Source: Armatimonadota bacterium
Lineage (GTDB): Bacteria; Armatimonadota; UBA5829; DTLH01
Direction: 5' to 3'
DNA: 64,000 nt
Assembly: GCA_038207085.1 (NCBI GenBank)
Contig: JBBRAE010000006.1
Coordinates: 1,818 to 65,817 of the forward strand
The notes under the pieces were generated by a model that was not told the origin of the DNA, ran no database searches, and was given only the letters and a program-made list of their open reading frames with translations. How positions within the stretch are numbered: position 1 is the first letter of the stretch; each line of letters opens with the position of its first letter. The translations under genes and the position numbers were made by a program. Positions 9,106-18,114 of the stretch are shown here, piece after piece.

Positions 9106-10857
9106 ATGCGCACTATGCCTGGACTCACACAATCATCTTTATTCGACTATTATGAAGAACCGTGCTCCGCCGCGTCCAAGACCGTCTCGGATGCGGTTGA
9201 GGAACTTGCGTCCAACAGTGGCGCGGAAGCACGTGGAGCAATATTCACGCGTCGTGAAGTAGTTGATTTTATTCTCGATCTTGTTGGATACACGCCTGAC
9301 AGACCTCTCCACAGATTGTGTCTTCTGGAGCCCTCTTTTGGGGGTGGCGATTTCCTACTCGCGGTGATTGGCCGGCTGCTGGACGCCTGGCGACGGGAAT
9401 CTCATCAGTTAGATTCAGTCGTCGATAACTTGGGCGATGCGATAGTGGCTGTTGAGCTTCATCACGAGACATTTGCGCGCACTCGACAGGCTGTGATAGA
9501 GCAAATCACCCGGGAAGGAATAGAGTCACGATTAGCTGTAGAGTTGGCTGACCGTTGGCTTTCGCAGGGTGATTACTTGCTGCAGCGACTTGGCGAGAGG
9601 TTTGACTTCGTCGTCGGCAACCCTCCGTATGTGCGCCAAGAGATGATTCCTGCCCCACTCTTGGCCGAGTATAGAAGTCGCTATCAAACTATGTATGACA
9701 GGGCTGACATATACGTGGCCTTTATGGAGCGTTCGCTGCTGGTTCTCAAGAATGGTGGCAGTTTGGGCTTCATTTGTGCTGACCGATGGACGAAGAACCG
9801 CTATGGTGGACCCTTGCGCAACCTTGTCTCAGACGGCTTCAGCTTGGACGTGTTTGTTGATATGGTGAACACCCCCGCATTTCACAGCGAAGTGAGCGCA
9901 TATCCCGCCATTACCATCATCAGCAGACAGAAACAGGGTCCGACCCGTGTTGCTCATCGTCCTACTATTGATCGTACCCAACTGTATGCTCTTGCCAAGA
10001 AGCTGCGCGCGGAGCGACTGACACCAGATGATGAGACTTTGCGTGAACTCGCTGGTGTTGTCAAAGGCTCTGAGCCGTGGCTGCTGGATTCGTCCGACCA
10101 AATCTCGGTTCTTCGTCGTCTTGAGGAGCAGTTCCCGTCTCTCGAACGGGCTGGGTGCAAGGTGGGCATTGGTGTGGCTACAGGAGCGGACGACGCCTTT
10201 ATCTCGGATTACGAGACCCTGGACGTGGAGCCGGATCGGAAACTGCCTTTGGTTACAACCCGCGATATTCAGTCCGGCGAAGTTGTATGGCGTGGTCTTG
10301 GCGTCGTGAACCCATTTGCCGAGGACGGAGGTCTTGTCGACCTTAGCGACTATCCGAGACTTGCGCGGTATTTGGAGACACGAAAGGGCGTGATAGCCGC
10401 CCGCCACTGCGCACAAAAGTCTCCGACCCACTGGTATCGCACTATCGACAGGATAACACCGGCTCTCGCGGCACAACCCAAACTACTCGTGCCAGATATC
10501 AAAGGCGAGGCGCATATAGTCTATGAGGAGGGGCGGTTTTATCCGCACCATAACCTTTACTACATTGTGTCTGCGACTTGGAACTTGCGCGCCCTGCAGG
10601 CGGTTCTGCTTTCAAACGTCGCGCGGCTGTTTGTGGCGAACTATTCGACAAGGATGCGTGGAGGTTACCTGCGATTTCAAGCGCAATACTTGCGCCGCAT
10701 CCGAATCCCTTACTGGCAGGATGTGGCAGATGAGTTGCGCTGCGAGTTGATTGAAGCCGCCGAGTCGCGGAACTCGCTGGCATGTGACAGGGCGGTATTC
10801 AGACTTTATGGATTGAGCGAAGATGAGCGCGCAGTATTGGGAGGCAATGGAGAGTAG
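9106..10857 (+). CDS. Type II restriction-modification N6-adenine DNA methyltransferase (gamma-class, Eco57I/TaqI-like N6_Mtase family)
   Basis: 583 aa. The N-terminal [16 protein letters not shown] (AdoMet region) and the catalytic [10 protein letters not shown] (motif IV NPPY) are followed by a long C-terminal target-recognition region. GC content is lower than in the flanking DNA. Confidence 0.85.
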   Translation: MRTMPGLTQSSLFDYYEEPCSAASKTVSDAVEELASNSGAEARGAIFTRREVVDFILDLVGYTPDRPLHRLCLLEPSFGGGDFLLAVIGRLLDAWRRESHQLDSVVDNLGDAIVAVELHHETFARTRQAVIEQITREGIESRLAVELADRWLSQGDYLLQRLGERFDFVVGNPPYVRQEMIPAPLLAEYRSRYQTMYDRADIYVAFMERSLLVLKNGGSLGFICADRWTKNRYGGPLRNLVSDGFSLDVFVDMVNTPAFHSEVSAYPAITIISRQKQGPTRVAHRPTIDRTQLYALAKKLRAERLTPDDETLRELAGVVKGSEPWLLDSSDQISVLRRLEEQFPSLERAGCKVGIGVATGADDAFISDYETLDVEPDRKLPLVTTRDIQSGEVVWRGLGVVNPFAEDGGLVDLSDYPRLARYLETRKGVIAARHCAQKSPTHWYRTIDRITPALAAQPKLLVPDIKGEAHIVYEEGRFYPHHNLYYIVSATWNLRALQAVLLSNVARLFVANYSTRMRGGYLRFQAQYLRRIRIPYWQDVADELRCELIEAAESRNSLACDRAVFRLYGLSEDERAVLGGNGE

Positions 10858-10931
10858 AGATGGCGATCGACGTTGTTGACTATGAGCGAAAATGCAGTGA
10901 GGCGGTTAAGGCTTTTTGAGGCAACCGCGAA

Positions 10932-11600
10932 ATGGCCCGGCAAAAGCAGATCGAGTCCGGCAGATATGATCAGGGTGAACGTGCAGGGGTTACGGCAGGC
11001 AAGAATATGGACGGCTTTATCGCCTTGATCCGCGATATTGTGTCTGCAAACGGACTTGCTCACGCCGAGGTTTACCAGAGCCGAACGTTACTCACCCTGC
11101 CTGGGTTCTTCCGCCCGACCAAGCTTTGGGACCTCCTTGTTGTGCACAAAGGCGCACTGATCGCCGCTATAGAAATGAAGAGCCAGGTCGGCCCGTCTTT
11201 CGGCAACAACTTTAACAATAGAACGGAAGAGGCAATAGGAACCGCACATGACTTGTGGACCGCCTATCGGGAAGGCGCATTCGGCAAGCAACCGAGGCCC
11301 TATGTCGCCTGAATCATGATGGTCGAGGATGTTGCCAAGTCACGTGCCCCGGTCAGTGCCAACTCTCCACACTTTCCTATCTTTCCAGATTTCCAGGGCG
11401 CTTCATATCTCGATCGTTATGATCTGCTATGTCAGAAGCTGGTTCAGGAGCAACTCTACACAGCGGCTTCACTGATAGCATCTCCCCAAAGCGCCGCCAA
11501 GACCGGGGAGTATTCTGAGTTTTCGTCGATGACCAGTATGAAGGCCTTCGTCACATCGTTTGCGGGCCATATTGCTGCAGAGGCTGCCAGGTTGGGATAG
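10932..11600 (+). pseudogene. Type II restriction endonuclease (PD-(D/E)XK fold) interrupted by a single in-frame TGA at 11310-11312. Probably an inactivated R gene of the adjacent R-M system.
   Basis: ORFs 10932..11312 and 11316..11600 are in the same frame. They are separated only by TGA-ATC (GTC GCC TGA ATC ATG ATG). A PD...EXK-like core, [20 protein letters not shown], lies in the first part. The combined length of about 222 codons matches small REases; tentatively PaeR7I/XhoI-like. Confidence 0.5.
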
Positions 11601-11745
11601 ACGTGGCTCGACCTCGTGAGCCATCGCGGCAGATTGACCATGTCCCCGCCGCGTGCTATAATCGAACGTGCTCTGAGCGTGTTTTTTCGCTTCGGCACGC
11701 AGATTTTGCGCGCGGCTGCGCTGTTTTTGGCCGCCAAAGGGATTA

Positions 11746-12348
11746 ATGCTGAACTGGAATGACTACCGGCGAAAAACCGGGCTTGTAATCGTGCTTTCAG
11801 GGCCATCCGGTGTAGGTAAAGACCGGGTGCTGGAGGAGTTCGTCAAGGTCTGTCCCGACGTTTATAAGTGCGTCACTGCGACCACCCGAGCGCCAAGGCC
11901 CGCCGAAGTGCCCGGCAGGGACTATCACTTTCTATCCGTCGACCAGTTCAGGCGAATGGTCGACGACCAGCAGTTTCTGGAGTTCGCCGAGGTACATGGC
12001 AACCTCTATGGAACCCCCAAATCCTGGGTGCTCGAACAGGCCGCACAGGGGCGAGACGTGGTGCTCAAGATCGACGTGCAGGGTGGCATCTCGGTCAAAA
12101 AACAGATCCCCGAAGCCGTGATGATTTTTCTCGTGCCGCCGAGCCTCGAAGAACTCGAACGCAGGCTCCGGTCGCGGGGCACCGAAAACGAGTCCGAGGC
12201 GACCAAGCGTCTTCTCGACGCGCAAAGTGAGCTGCAGTACCTTCCGTGCTATCAGTATATGGTAGTAAACGACGTGGTGGAAAAAGCCGTAGAAGAATTG
12301 AGGGCTGTAATCGTTGCAGAACGCAGCAGGATCGTGCCCCAGGAGTGA
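11746..12348 (+). CDS. gmk: Guanylate kinase
   Basis: LVIVLSGPSGVGKDRV P-loop, TTRAPRPAEVPGRDYHF, and LEFAEVHGNLYGT. Confidence 0.9.
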   Translation: MLNWNDYRRKTGLVIVLSGPSGVGKDRVLEEFVKVCPDVYKCVTATTRAPRPAEVPGRDYHFLSVDQFRRMVDDQQFLEFAEVHGNLYGTPKSWVLEQAAQGRDVVLKIDVQGGISVKKQIPEAVMIFLVPPSLEELERRLRSRGTENESEATKRLLDAQSELQYLPCYQYMVVNDVVEKAVEELRAVIVAERSRIVPQE

Positions 12349-13549
12349 CCTCGCGGGCAAGACAATTATCCTCGGTGTGACCGGGAGCATCGCGGCGTAC
12401 AAGGCAGCCGAAGTGGCGAGCAAGCTCACCCAGCTCGGCGCCGATGTTCACGTGATTATGACCGACTCGGCGACCAAGCTTGTGGGTGAAGCGACCTTTC
12501 GCGCACTTACCCACAACGCAGTCATCACAAGTATGTGGGACGAGCCAAGGGTGGATGAGATCGTCCACGTGTCGCTTCCCAACAAGGCCGACCTGTTTCT
12601 CGTGGCCCCGGCGACTGCGAACCTGATCGGAAAGCTCGCAAACGGGATCGCCGACGATATGCTCACCACCGCCGCGATGGTCGTGCGTGGACCCGTCTTG
12701 ATCGCGCCCGCGATGAACACGAGGATGTACACCAACCCCATAGTGATCGGTAACATGGATCGCCTGAAGAGCCTGGGGTGGAGCTTCGTCGAACCAACCG
12801 AAGGGCTGCTCGCATGCGGCGATGAAGGTGTGGGGCGCTTGGCTGAGCCTGCCGCGATCGTCGCTGCGGTTACGTCCGCCCTTCTTGGCGGCAAGCGCGA
12901 TATGGTTGGGATGAACGTTCTTGTCACCGCAGGCCCGACGCGCGAGCCCGTTGACCCGATTAGATATGTCTCGAATTATTCTTCGGGTAAAATGGGGTAT
13001 GCTATAGCTGAGGCTGCTGCAGCGCGCGGGGCGACTGTTACGCTGGTAAGCGGCCCAACCGAGCTAACCGAACCCCGGGGCGTCGGTGTTGTAAACGTTC
13101 AGACCGCCCAGGAGATGCACCATGCGGTGCTCGACCACGTGGCCTCGGCAAATGTCGTCATCGCCGCCGCGGCTGTAGCTGATTACCGTCCCGCGAAGAA
13201 GAGCGACATCAAACTGAAGAAGCAACAGGACTGGCTCAAGCTGGAGCTTGAACAGACCGAAGATATATTGAAGCATCTGGGAGAGATCAAGGGAGACAGG
13301 GTCCTTGTCGGCTTTGCCGCCGAGACAAACGATCTTATCGAAAACGCGAGAAAGAAGCTCGTCGAAAAGAACCTGGACCTGATAGTCGCAAACGATGTCT
13401 CGGATCCCGCAGGTGTCTTTGGCAGCAACACAAACGCGGTGACTCTTATGCCGAGGCAGGGTGAGATAAGCTCGCTCCCCAGGATGTCAAAGCGCGAGGT
13501 CGCCCACGAGATATTCGATTATATCATGACTAACCTTTGGGAGTTGTGA
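12314..13549 (+). CDS. coaBC: Bifunctional phosphopantothenoylcysteine decarboxylase / phosphopantothenate-cysteine ligase (CoaBC/Dfp)
   Basis: N-terminal flavoprotein domain (ILGVTGSIAAYKA, PAMNTRM) and C-terminal CoaB domain (VTAGPTREPVDPIRYVSNYSSGKMG, AAVADYRP). TTG start at 12314 overlaps the gmk end. The exact start is uncertain. Confidence 0.9.
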   Translation: MQNAAGSCPRSDLAGKTIILGVTGSIAAYKAAEVASKLTQLGADVHVIMTDSATKLVGEATFRALTHNAVITSMWDEPRVDEIVHVSLPNKADLFLVAPATANLIGKLANGIADDMLTTAAMVVRGPVLIAPAMNTRMYTNPIVIGNMDRLKSLGWSFVEPTEGLLACGDEGVGRLAEPAAIVAAVTSALLGGKRDMVGMNVLVTAGPTREPVDPIRYVSNYSSGKMGYAIAEAAAARGATVTLVSGPTELTEPRGVGVVNVQTAQEMHHAVLDHVASANVVIAAAAVADYRPAKKSDIKLKKQQDWLKLELEQTEDILKHLGEIKGDRVLVGFAAETNDLIENARKKLVEKNLDLIVANDVSDPAGVFGSNTNAVTLMPRQGEISSLPRMSKREVAHEIFDYIMTNLWEL

Positions 13550-13588
13550 TGACGAAAGCAGTGTTTACCATACTGCTGTCGCCAAAGA

Positions 13589-13739
13589 CTTCGTCACAAC
13601 GAGAGCGTAAATGGCATAAGGCGCCATTTACTTGGGAGTTGTGATAAAGACTCTCGCAGCGCAAAGCCCGCGCTGCTGCCGTCTTCATCACAACGAGAGC
13701 GTAAATGGGAAAAACGCCATTTACAAGGGAGGCAACTGT
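13589..13739 (+). promoter_or_regulatory. Structured metK 5' leader with two tandem copies of a 42-nt hairpin-containing repeat and a central hairpin. Candidate cis-regulatory RNA of unknown class.
   Basis: Repeat 1 at 13589-13631 and repeat 2 at 13683-13724 both read CTTC(G/A)TCACAACGAGAGCGTAAATGG-loop-CCATTTAC. The 8-9 bp stems are identical but the loops differ (CATAAGGCG vs GAAAAACG). A central hairpin GCAGCGC-AAAGCCC-GCGCTGC lies at 13656-13676. Repeat 2 ends 1 nt before the AAGGGAGG SD of metK. Confidence 0.4.
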
Positions 13740-14888
13740 TTGAAGCAGAGAGATTTTTCGTTCACATCTGAATCAGTAACCGAGGGGCATCCAGATAAGC
13801 TTGCCGACCAGATATCGGATGCCGTTCTCGATGCCATTTTGGCCCAGGATCCGACCGGTCGCGTGGCCTGTGAGGCGTTTCTTACTACGGGACTCGTCGT
13901 CGTAGCCGGTGAGATCACCACGACGGCTTACGCGGAGATCCCCGAGATCGTCCGGCGCACCCTGGAGAGCGTCGGCTACACCCGCGCCAAGTACGGGTTC
14001 GACTTCCAGACCTGCGGCGTGCTGACGGCTATACAGTCGCAGTCCCCGGATATCGCGATGGGCGTCGACAGCGGCGGCGCGGGCGACCAGGGCATGATGT
14101 TCGGCTACGCCTGCAACGATACCCCCGAGCTTATGCCGATGCCGATCATGCTCGCGCACAAGCTCTCCCGCAAACTCGCCGAGGTCCGCAAGAACGGCGA
14201 CATCCGCTACCTGAGGCCTGATGGCAAGAGCCAGGTGACTATTCGCTACGAGGCCGGCAAGCCGGTCGCAGTTGAGAAGGTTGTCATATCGGCCCAGCAC
14301 CAGCCCAACATCCCGCAGGCGACGATCCGCGAGGATATCATCGAGCAGGTTATCAAGCCGGTGCTCGCACACATCTGCGACGGCGTCACCTGCGATATCT
14401 ACGTGAACCCGACCGGCCAGTTTGTGGTCGGCGGCCCCCAGGGAGACACCGGGCTCACCGGGCGCAAGATTATCGTCGACACCTACGGTGGAATGGCAAG
14501 GCACGGCGGAGGATGCTTCTCCGGCAAGGATCCGACCAAGGTTGACCGTTCGGCCGCTTACATGATGCGCTATATAGCGAAAAACATCGTCGCCGCCGGG
14601 CTTGCGGACCGCTGCGAGCTTGAGGTCGCCTACGCGATCGGTGAGGCCGAGCCGATGGGAGTTATGGTCGAGGCATTTGGCACAGAGAATATCCCTGAGA
14701 CCAAGATTATGGAGTTGGTTCGCAAGTATTTCGACCTCACGCCGGGCGGGATTATCAGAAAGCTCAACCTGCGCAGGCCGATATACCAGCAGACCGCAGC
14801 CTACGGCCACTTCGGTCGAATCGATCTCGATGTGCCGTGGGAAGAGACCGACATGGCCGACACCCTGCGCGCCGACGCCGGGATTTAG
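13740..14888 (+). CDS. metK: S-adenosylmethionine synthetase
   Basis: [37 protein letters not shown], and [19 protein letters not shown]-type motifs. Start set at TTG 13740, which follows the AAGGGAGG RBS. The ORF-track start at 13632 would add a non-homologous N-terminus. Confidence 0.9.
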   Translation: MKQRDFSFTSESVTEGHPDKLADQISDAVLDAILAQDPTGRVACEAFLTTGLVVVAGEITTTAYAEIPEIVRRTLESVGYTRAKYGFDFQTCGVLTAIQSQSPDIAMGVDSGGAGDQGMMFGYACNDTPELMPMPIMLAHKLSRKLAEVRKNGDIRYLRPDGKSQVTIRYEAGKPVAVEKVVISAQHQPNIPQATIREDIIEQVIKPVLAHICDGVTCDIYVNPTGQFVVGGPQGDTGLTGRKIIVDTYGGMARHGGGCFSGKDPTKVDRSAAYMMRYIAKNIVAAGLADRCELEVAYAIGEAEPMGVMVEAFGTENIPETKIMELVRKYFDLTPGGIIRKLNLRRPIYQQTAAYGHFGRIDLDVPWEETDMADTLRADAGI

Positions 14889-15068
14889 AGCTATCAGCTG
14901 ATACCCGTTGGTCGGGGGAATCCGTCCCCCGACCCCGTTCCGCGGATTCTATCCGCCAACCCAAAGATTAACTATGCTCGATAACTGAGTCGGGGGAAAG
15001 ATTCCCCCTAAACAGCGTCCGGGGACGGATTCCCCGGACGAACGTACGCTGAAAGCTGATAGTTTTTT
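14889..15068 (+). other. Highly structured metK-priA intergenic element: a perfect 12-nt palindrome, three related G5/C5 hairpins, and a long-range inverted repeat closing onto a T6 tract
   Basis: TATCAGCTGATA palindrome at 14892-14903. Hairpins GGTCGGGGG-AATCCGT-CCCCCGACC (14910-14934), GGGGGAA-AGA-TTCCCCC (14992-15008) and CGTCCGGGGA-CGGAT-TCCCCGGACG (15016-15040). CTATCAGCT (14891-14899) is complementary to AGCTGATAG (15054-15062), which is followed by TTTTTT (15063-15068). Confidence 0.4.
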
Positions 15069-15079
15069 GGAGCGCAAGA

Positions 15080-17485
15080 TTGTACGTCAGGGTCGCCGTC
15101 GATACCGATGCCGCCAGTTATCTGGACGCCTACTCCTACCAGGTCCCTGAGGAGTTGGCGGACAGGGTGAAGCTCGGGGCGGCGGTCCTTGTCCCCTTTG
15201 GCACAAGCCAGGTGATCGGCTACGTCGTTGGCTTTGAAGACACGCCCGCGGTCGAACGAATTCGGGCGATCCTCGCCGTTATCGATTCCCCCATTACCCT
15301 CGGAGACGACCTGATCGAGCTTGCCGCATGGATGTCGCGCCGCTACGTCTGCGGGCTTTCCCGCTGCGCCCACTCCGCGCTTCCCGGGGTCATCCAGTGC
15401 AAAGTGAAGGGTGTGGTCGAGCTCTTAGACGCCTCGGTCTCCCCTGATTCGTCTGTCGTCACCGCGCTTGTCGAAGCTGGTGGGTCGCTTCCACTTGAGT
15501 CTGTGCGTGCGATCTCTTCGTCTACGATGGCGCAGGTAAGGAAGCTTGAAAAGTCGGGCGCGCTTGTTCGCCACTACGTGCTTGTTCCCCCCGAGGGCAA
15601 GGAACTTCTGGTTCCGGCGGTCGAGCTTGCGATATCCCATGAGGCGGTAGAAAGTGAGATTCATTCTCTGTCCCGCTCTCCAAAACGCGTCGCGGTGCTC
15701 CGCTATGTGCTCGAGCATGGCACGGGGCCGACTTCCAAGATCTGCGCGGAGACCGGGGTTACGGCAAGCGTCGTCGCGGGGCTTGTCACCAAGGGGATTC
15801 TGCGGCGCACCAAGCTAAACGTTCGCCGGGGGGTCGCGCACACTCTTGTAGCATCTACCGCACATTACGAGCTTACCCCAGCTCAGCAGGGGGCGCTCGA
15901 TGCGGTCGTCGAAGGCATCGACACCCGCGCCTACGGCACGACGCTCCTTCACGGGGTGACTGCAAGCGGCAAGACCGAAGTCTACCTGCGCGCAATCGAG
16001 CACGCGACCGCTCTTGGGCAGCGCTCGCTTGTGCTCTTACCCGAAATATCGCTTACGGCTCAGGTACTGAACATATTTAGAACGCGCTTTGGCGACCGGG
16101 TTGCGGTCTTGCACAGCGGGCTTTCGGCAGGTGAGCGCTTTGACGAGTGGACGCGCTCGCAGAACGGGGAAGTCGACATCGTCCTCGGCGCGCGTTCGGC
16201 GATCTTTGCGCCGGTGGACAACCTAGGCCTCGTGATAGTCGACGAAGAGCACGAGCCAAGCTACAAGCAGGACTCCGACCCCCGCTACCACGGGCGCGAC
16301 GTCGCCCTTCAGCGGGCCAGGCAGTCGGGGGCGCTTGCGGTGCTCGGGAGTGCGACCCCGGCGATTGAGAGCTATTACCTCGCCAAAGCGGGTAAATACC
16401 GTCTGGTAGCTTTGAAAGAGCGAATCGCGAACAGGCCGCTTCCCAAGGTCGAGATCACCGACTTGCGCGATGAGTTCCAGAAGGGCAAAGCGACGATCTT
16501 TACCGAGCGCCTGACCGACGGGATCAAGGACCGGCTCGGACGCGGCCATCAGGTGATTCTCTTTCAGAACAGGCGGGCTTACGCGACGTTTCTCTTGTGC
16601 CGGGAGTGCGGCTACACGGCGACCTGCCCGAACTGCTCGGTTTCGCTCAAGCTGCACGCGGCTGAGAAGATGACCCGGTGCCATCACTGCGACTATGAGC
16701 ACCCCGCGCCTTCCGTCTGCCCGACCTGCGGCGGGATGAAGATCGGGAAGTTTGGCATAGGTACGGAAAGAATCGAAGAGGAGGTCCGGTCGGTCTTTCC
16801 TGAGGCTCGGGTGCTTCGGATGGACCGGGACACGACCACCCATAAGGGCTCGCACGGGGCAATCCTCGACGCGTTTCGCCACCGCGAGGCCGACATTCTG
16901 GTCGGCACGCAGATGATCGCAAAGGGGCTCGATTTTCCCGGTGTGACCCTGGTTGGGGTGATCAGCGCGGACACATCTTTGAACGTTCCGGACTTTCGGG
17001 CGGGCGAGCGGACATTTCAGCTGTTAAGTCAAGTTGCAGGTCGTGCAGGACGTGGGACCGATCCTGGCGAAGTAGTAGTACAGACGTTCAACCCGGATCA
17101 CTACGCCGTAGTCGCCGCTGCGGCGCATGACTACGAGAGTTTTTACGAGCAGGAGATCGAGATACGGCGCGAGCTTAGCTATCCGCCCTTCTCGGCGATC
17201 GTCAACGTGGTTGCGGCGGATTCTGACGAGAACCAGTGCCGCAAGCGCCTGAACGAGCTTGCAGACAGGGTGACTCAAAGGCGCGTGCTGGGTGGCGCGC
17301 CGATCGACGTGCGCGGCCCGGTCCCGGCGTCGGTTGCGAAGCTCAGGGGAGAATACCGCTGGCACGTGATATTTCAGTCGCCGGATCGTGGCAGCCTGAT
17401 GAGGGCGCTTCGCTCGGCCCTGGACGCACTTCCATCAGTGCGCCGGAAAGTCGTCGTGGACGTCGATCCGTCAACAATGCTTTAA
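15080..17485 (+). CDS. priA: Primosomal protein N' (replication restart helicase PriA)
   Basis: 801 aa. GVTASGKTEVY Walker A, VIVDEEHEPSYKQ DEEH box, and the Cys-rich zinc-binding region CRECGYTATCPNCSVSLKLH...CHHCDYEHPAPSVCPTCGG. Confidence 0.9.
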   Translation: MYVRVAVDTDAASYLDAYSYQVPEELADRVKLGAAVLVPFGTSQVIGYVVGFEDTPAVERIRAILAVIDSPITLGDDLIELAAWMSRRYVCGLSRCAHSALPGVIQCKVKGVVELLDASVSPDSSVVTALVEAGGSLPLESVRAISSSTMAQVRKLEKSGALVRHYVLVPPEGKELLVPAVELAISHEAVESEIHSLSRSPKRVAVLRYVLEHGTGPTSKICAETGVTASVVAGLVTKGILRRTKLNVRRGVAHTLVASTAHYELTPAQQGALDAVVEGIDTRAYGTTLLHGVTASGKTEVYLRAIEHATALGQRSLVLLPEISLTAQVLNIFRTRFGDRVAVLHSGLSAGERFDEWTRSQNGEVDIVLGARSAIFAPVDNLGLVIVDEEHEPSYKQDSDPRYHGRDVALQRARQSGALAVLGSATPAIESYYLAKAGKYRLVALKERIANRPLPKVEITDLRDEFQKGKATIFTERLTDGIKDRLGRGHQVILFQNRRAYATFLLCRECGYTATCPNCSVSLKLHAAEKMTRCHHCDYEHPAPSVCPTCGGMKIGKFGIGTERIEEEVRSVFPEARVLRMDRDTTTHKGSHGAILDAFRHREADILVGTQMIAKGLDFPGVTLVGVISADTSLNVPDFRAGERTFQLLSQVAGRAGRGTDPGEVVVQTFNPDHYAVVAAAAHDYESFYEQEIEIRRELSYPPFSAIVNVVAADSDENQCRKRLNELADRVTQRRVLGGAPIDVRGPVPASVAKLRGEYRWHVIFQSPDRGSLMRALRSALDALPSVRRKVVVDVDPSTML

Positions 17486-17489
17486 ATAT

Positions 17490-17510
17490 GGGTTAGGGGT
17501 TAGGGGTTAG
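17490..17510 (+). repeat. Three perfect tandem copies of the heptamer GGGTTAG (telomere-like TTAGGGG units), followed by a complementary C-tract region
   Basis: GGGTTAGGGGTTAGGGGTTAG at 17490-17510, then AGG. The C-rich partner CCAGCCCCTATCCTCCAGCCCCCAGCCCC lies at 17522-17550. Located between the priA stop (17485) and the def start (17566). Confidence 0.8.
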
Positions 17511-17565
17511 AGGCTGGTGTTCCAGCCCCTATCCTCCAGCCCCCAGCCCCGGAGAGAGGTTTTAT

Positions 17566-18072
17566 ATGGGTGCAGAACAGATAGTAAGATATGGCAGCAA
17601 GGTTCTAAGTGAGCCGACTCGGGAGGTCGAGGAGATCACCGATGAGATCCGCGAGCTGATCGGGAACATGTTCGAGATCATGCACGAGGCAAACGGCGTT
17701 GGGCTTGCTGCAAACCAGATCGGGGTTCCGCTTCGGCTTTTCGTCTACGATATCGGCGAAGGCCCTCACGTGATCATCAACGGCAAGATCACCAAGAAAA
17801 GCGGCAAGGAAGTCTCAACCGAGGGGTGCCTGAGCATTCCCGGGCTGCAAGGGGACGTTTCTCGCGCACATACGGCGACTATCAGCGGTCTTGATGAAAA
17901 CGGCCAAAAGGTCAGGATCACCGCCGAAGGGCTCCTCGCGCGCGTTTTTCAGCACGAGACCGATCACTTGGACGGGATGCTCTTCATCGACCGAGCCAGC
18001 GCCGACAGCCTTGAGTGGATCATCGGTGGGCAGGACGAGGATGAGGAAGAAGCAGAGGGCGAGAAAGAGTAA
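17566..18072 (+). CDS. def: Peptide deformylase
   Basis: GVGLAANQIG, EGCLSIPG and QHETDHLDG metal-binding motifs, with an acidic C-terminal tail. Confidence 0.9.
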   Translation: MGAEQIVRYGSKVLSEPTREVEEITDEIRELIGNMFEIMHEANGVGLAANQIGVPLRLFVYDIGEGPHVIINGKITKKSGKEVSTEGCLSIPGLQGDVSRAHTATISGLDENGQKVRITAEGLLARVFQHETDHLDGMLFIDRASADSLEWIIGGQDEDEEEAEGEKE

Positions 18073-18114
18073 GGCGGTTCCAACCCAAAGCGCGCACTAG
18101 CCATCTCAACAATA

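Noticed and set aside
11310-11312. In-frame TGA codons (11310 and 53848) as selenocysteine codons
   Set aside because: A restriction endonuclease and a GH28 glycosidase are not selenoprotein families. No SECIS-like hairpin was seen immediately downstream. A pseudogene or a sequencing error is more parsimonious.
13632-13739. ORF-track start of metK at 13632 ([16 protein letters not shown]...)
   Set aside because: The extension is not homologous to MetK N-termini. It overlaps the structured leader repeats. The conserved N-terminus begins at TTG 13740, directly after a strong RBS.
17490-17510. GGGTTAG tandem repeats and AGCTAAN tracts as CRISPR arrays
   Set aside because: The units are 7 nt with no spacers. 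CRISPR repeats are 24-48 nt separated by unique spacers. No cas genes are present.
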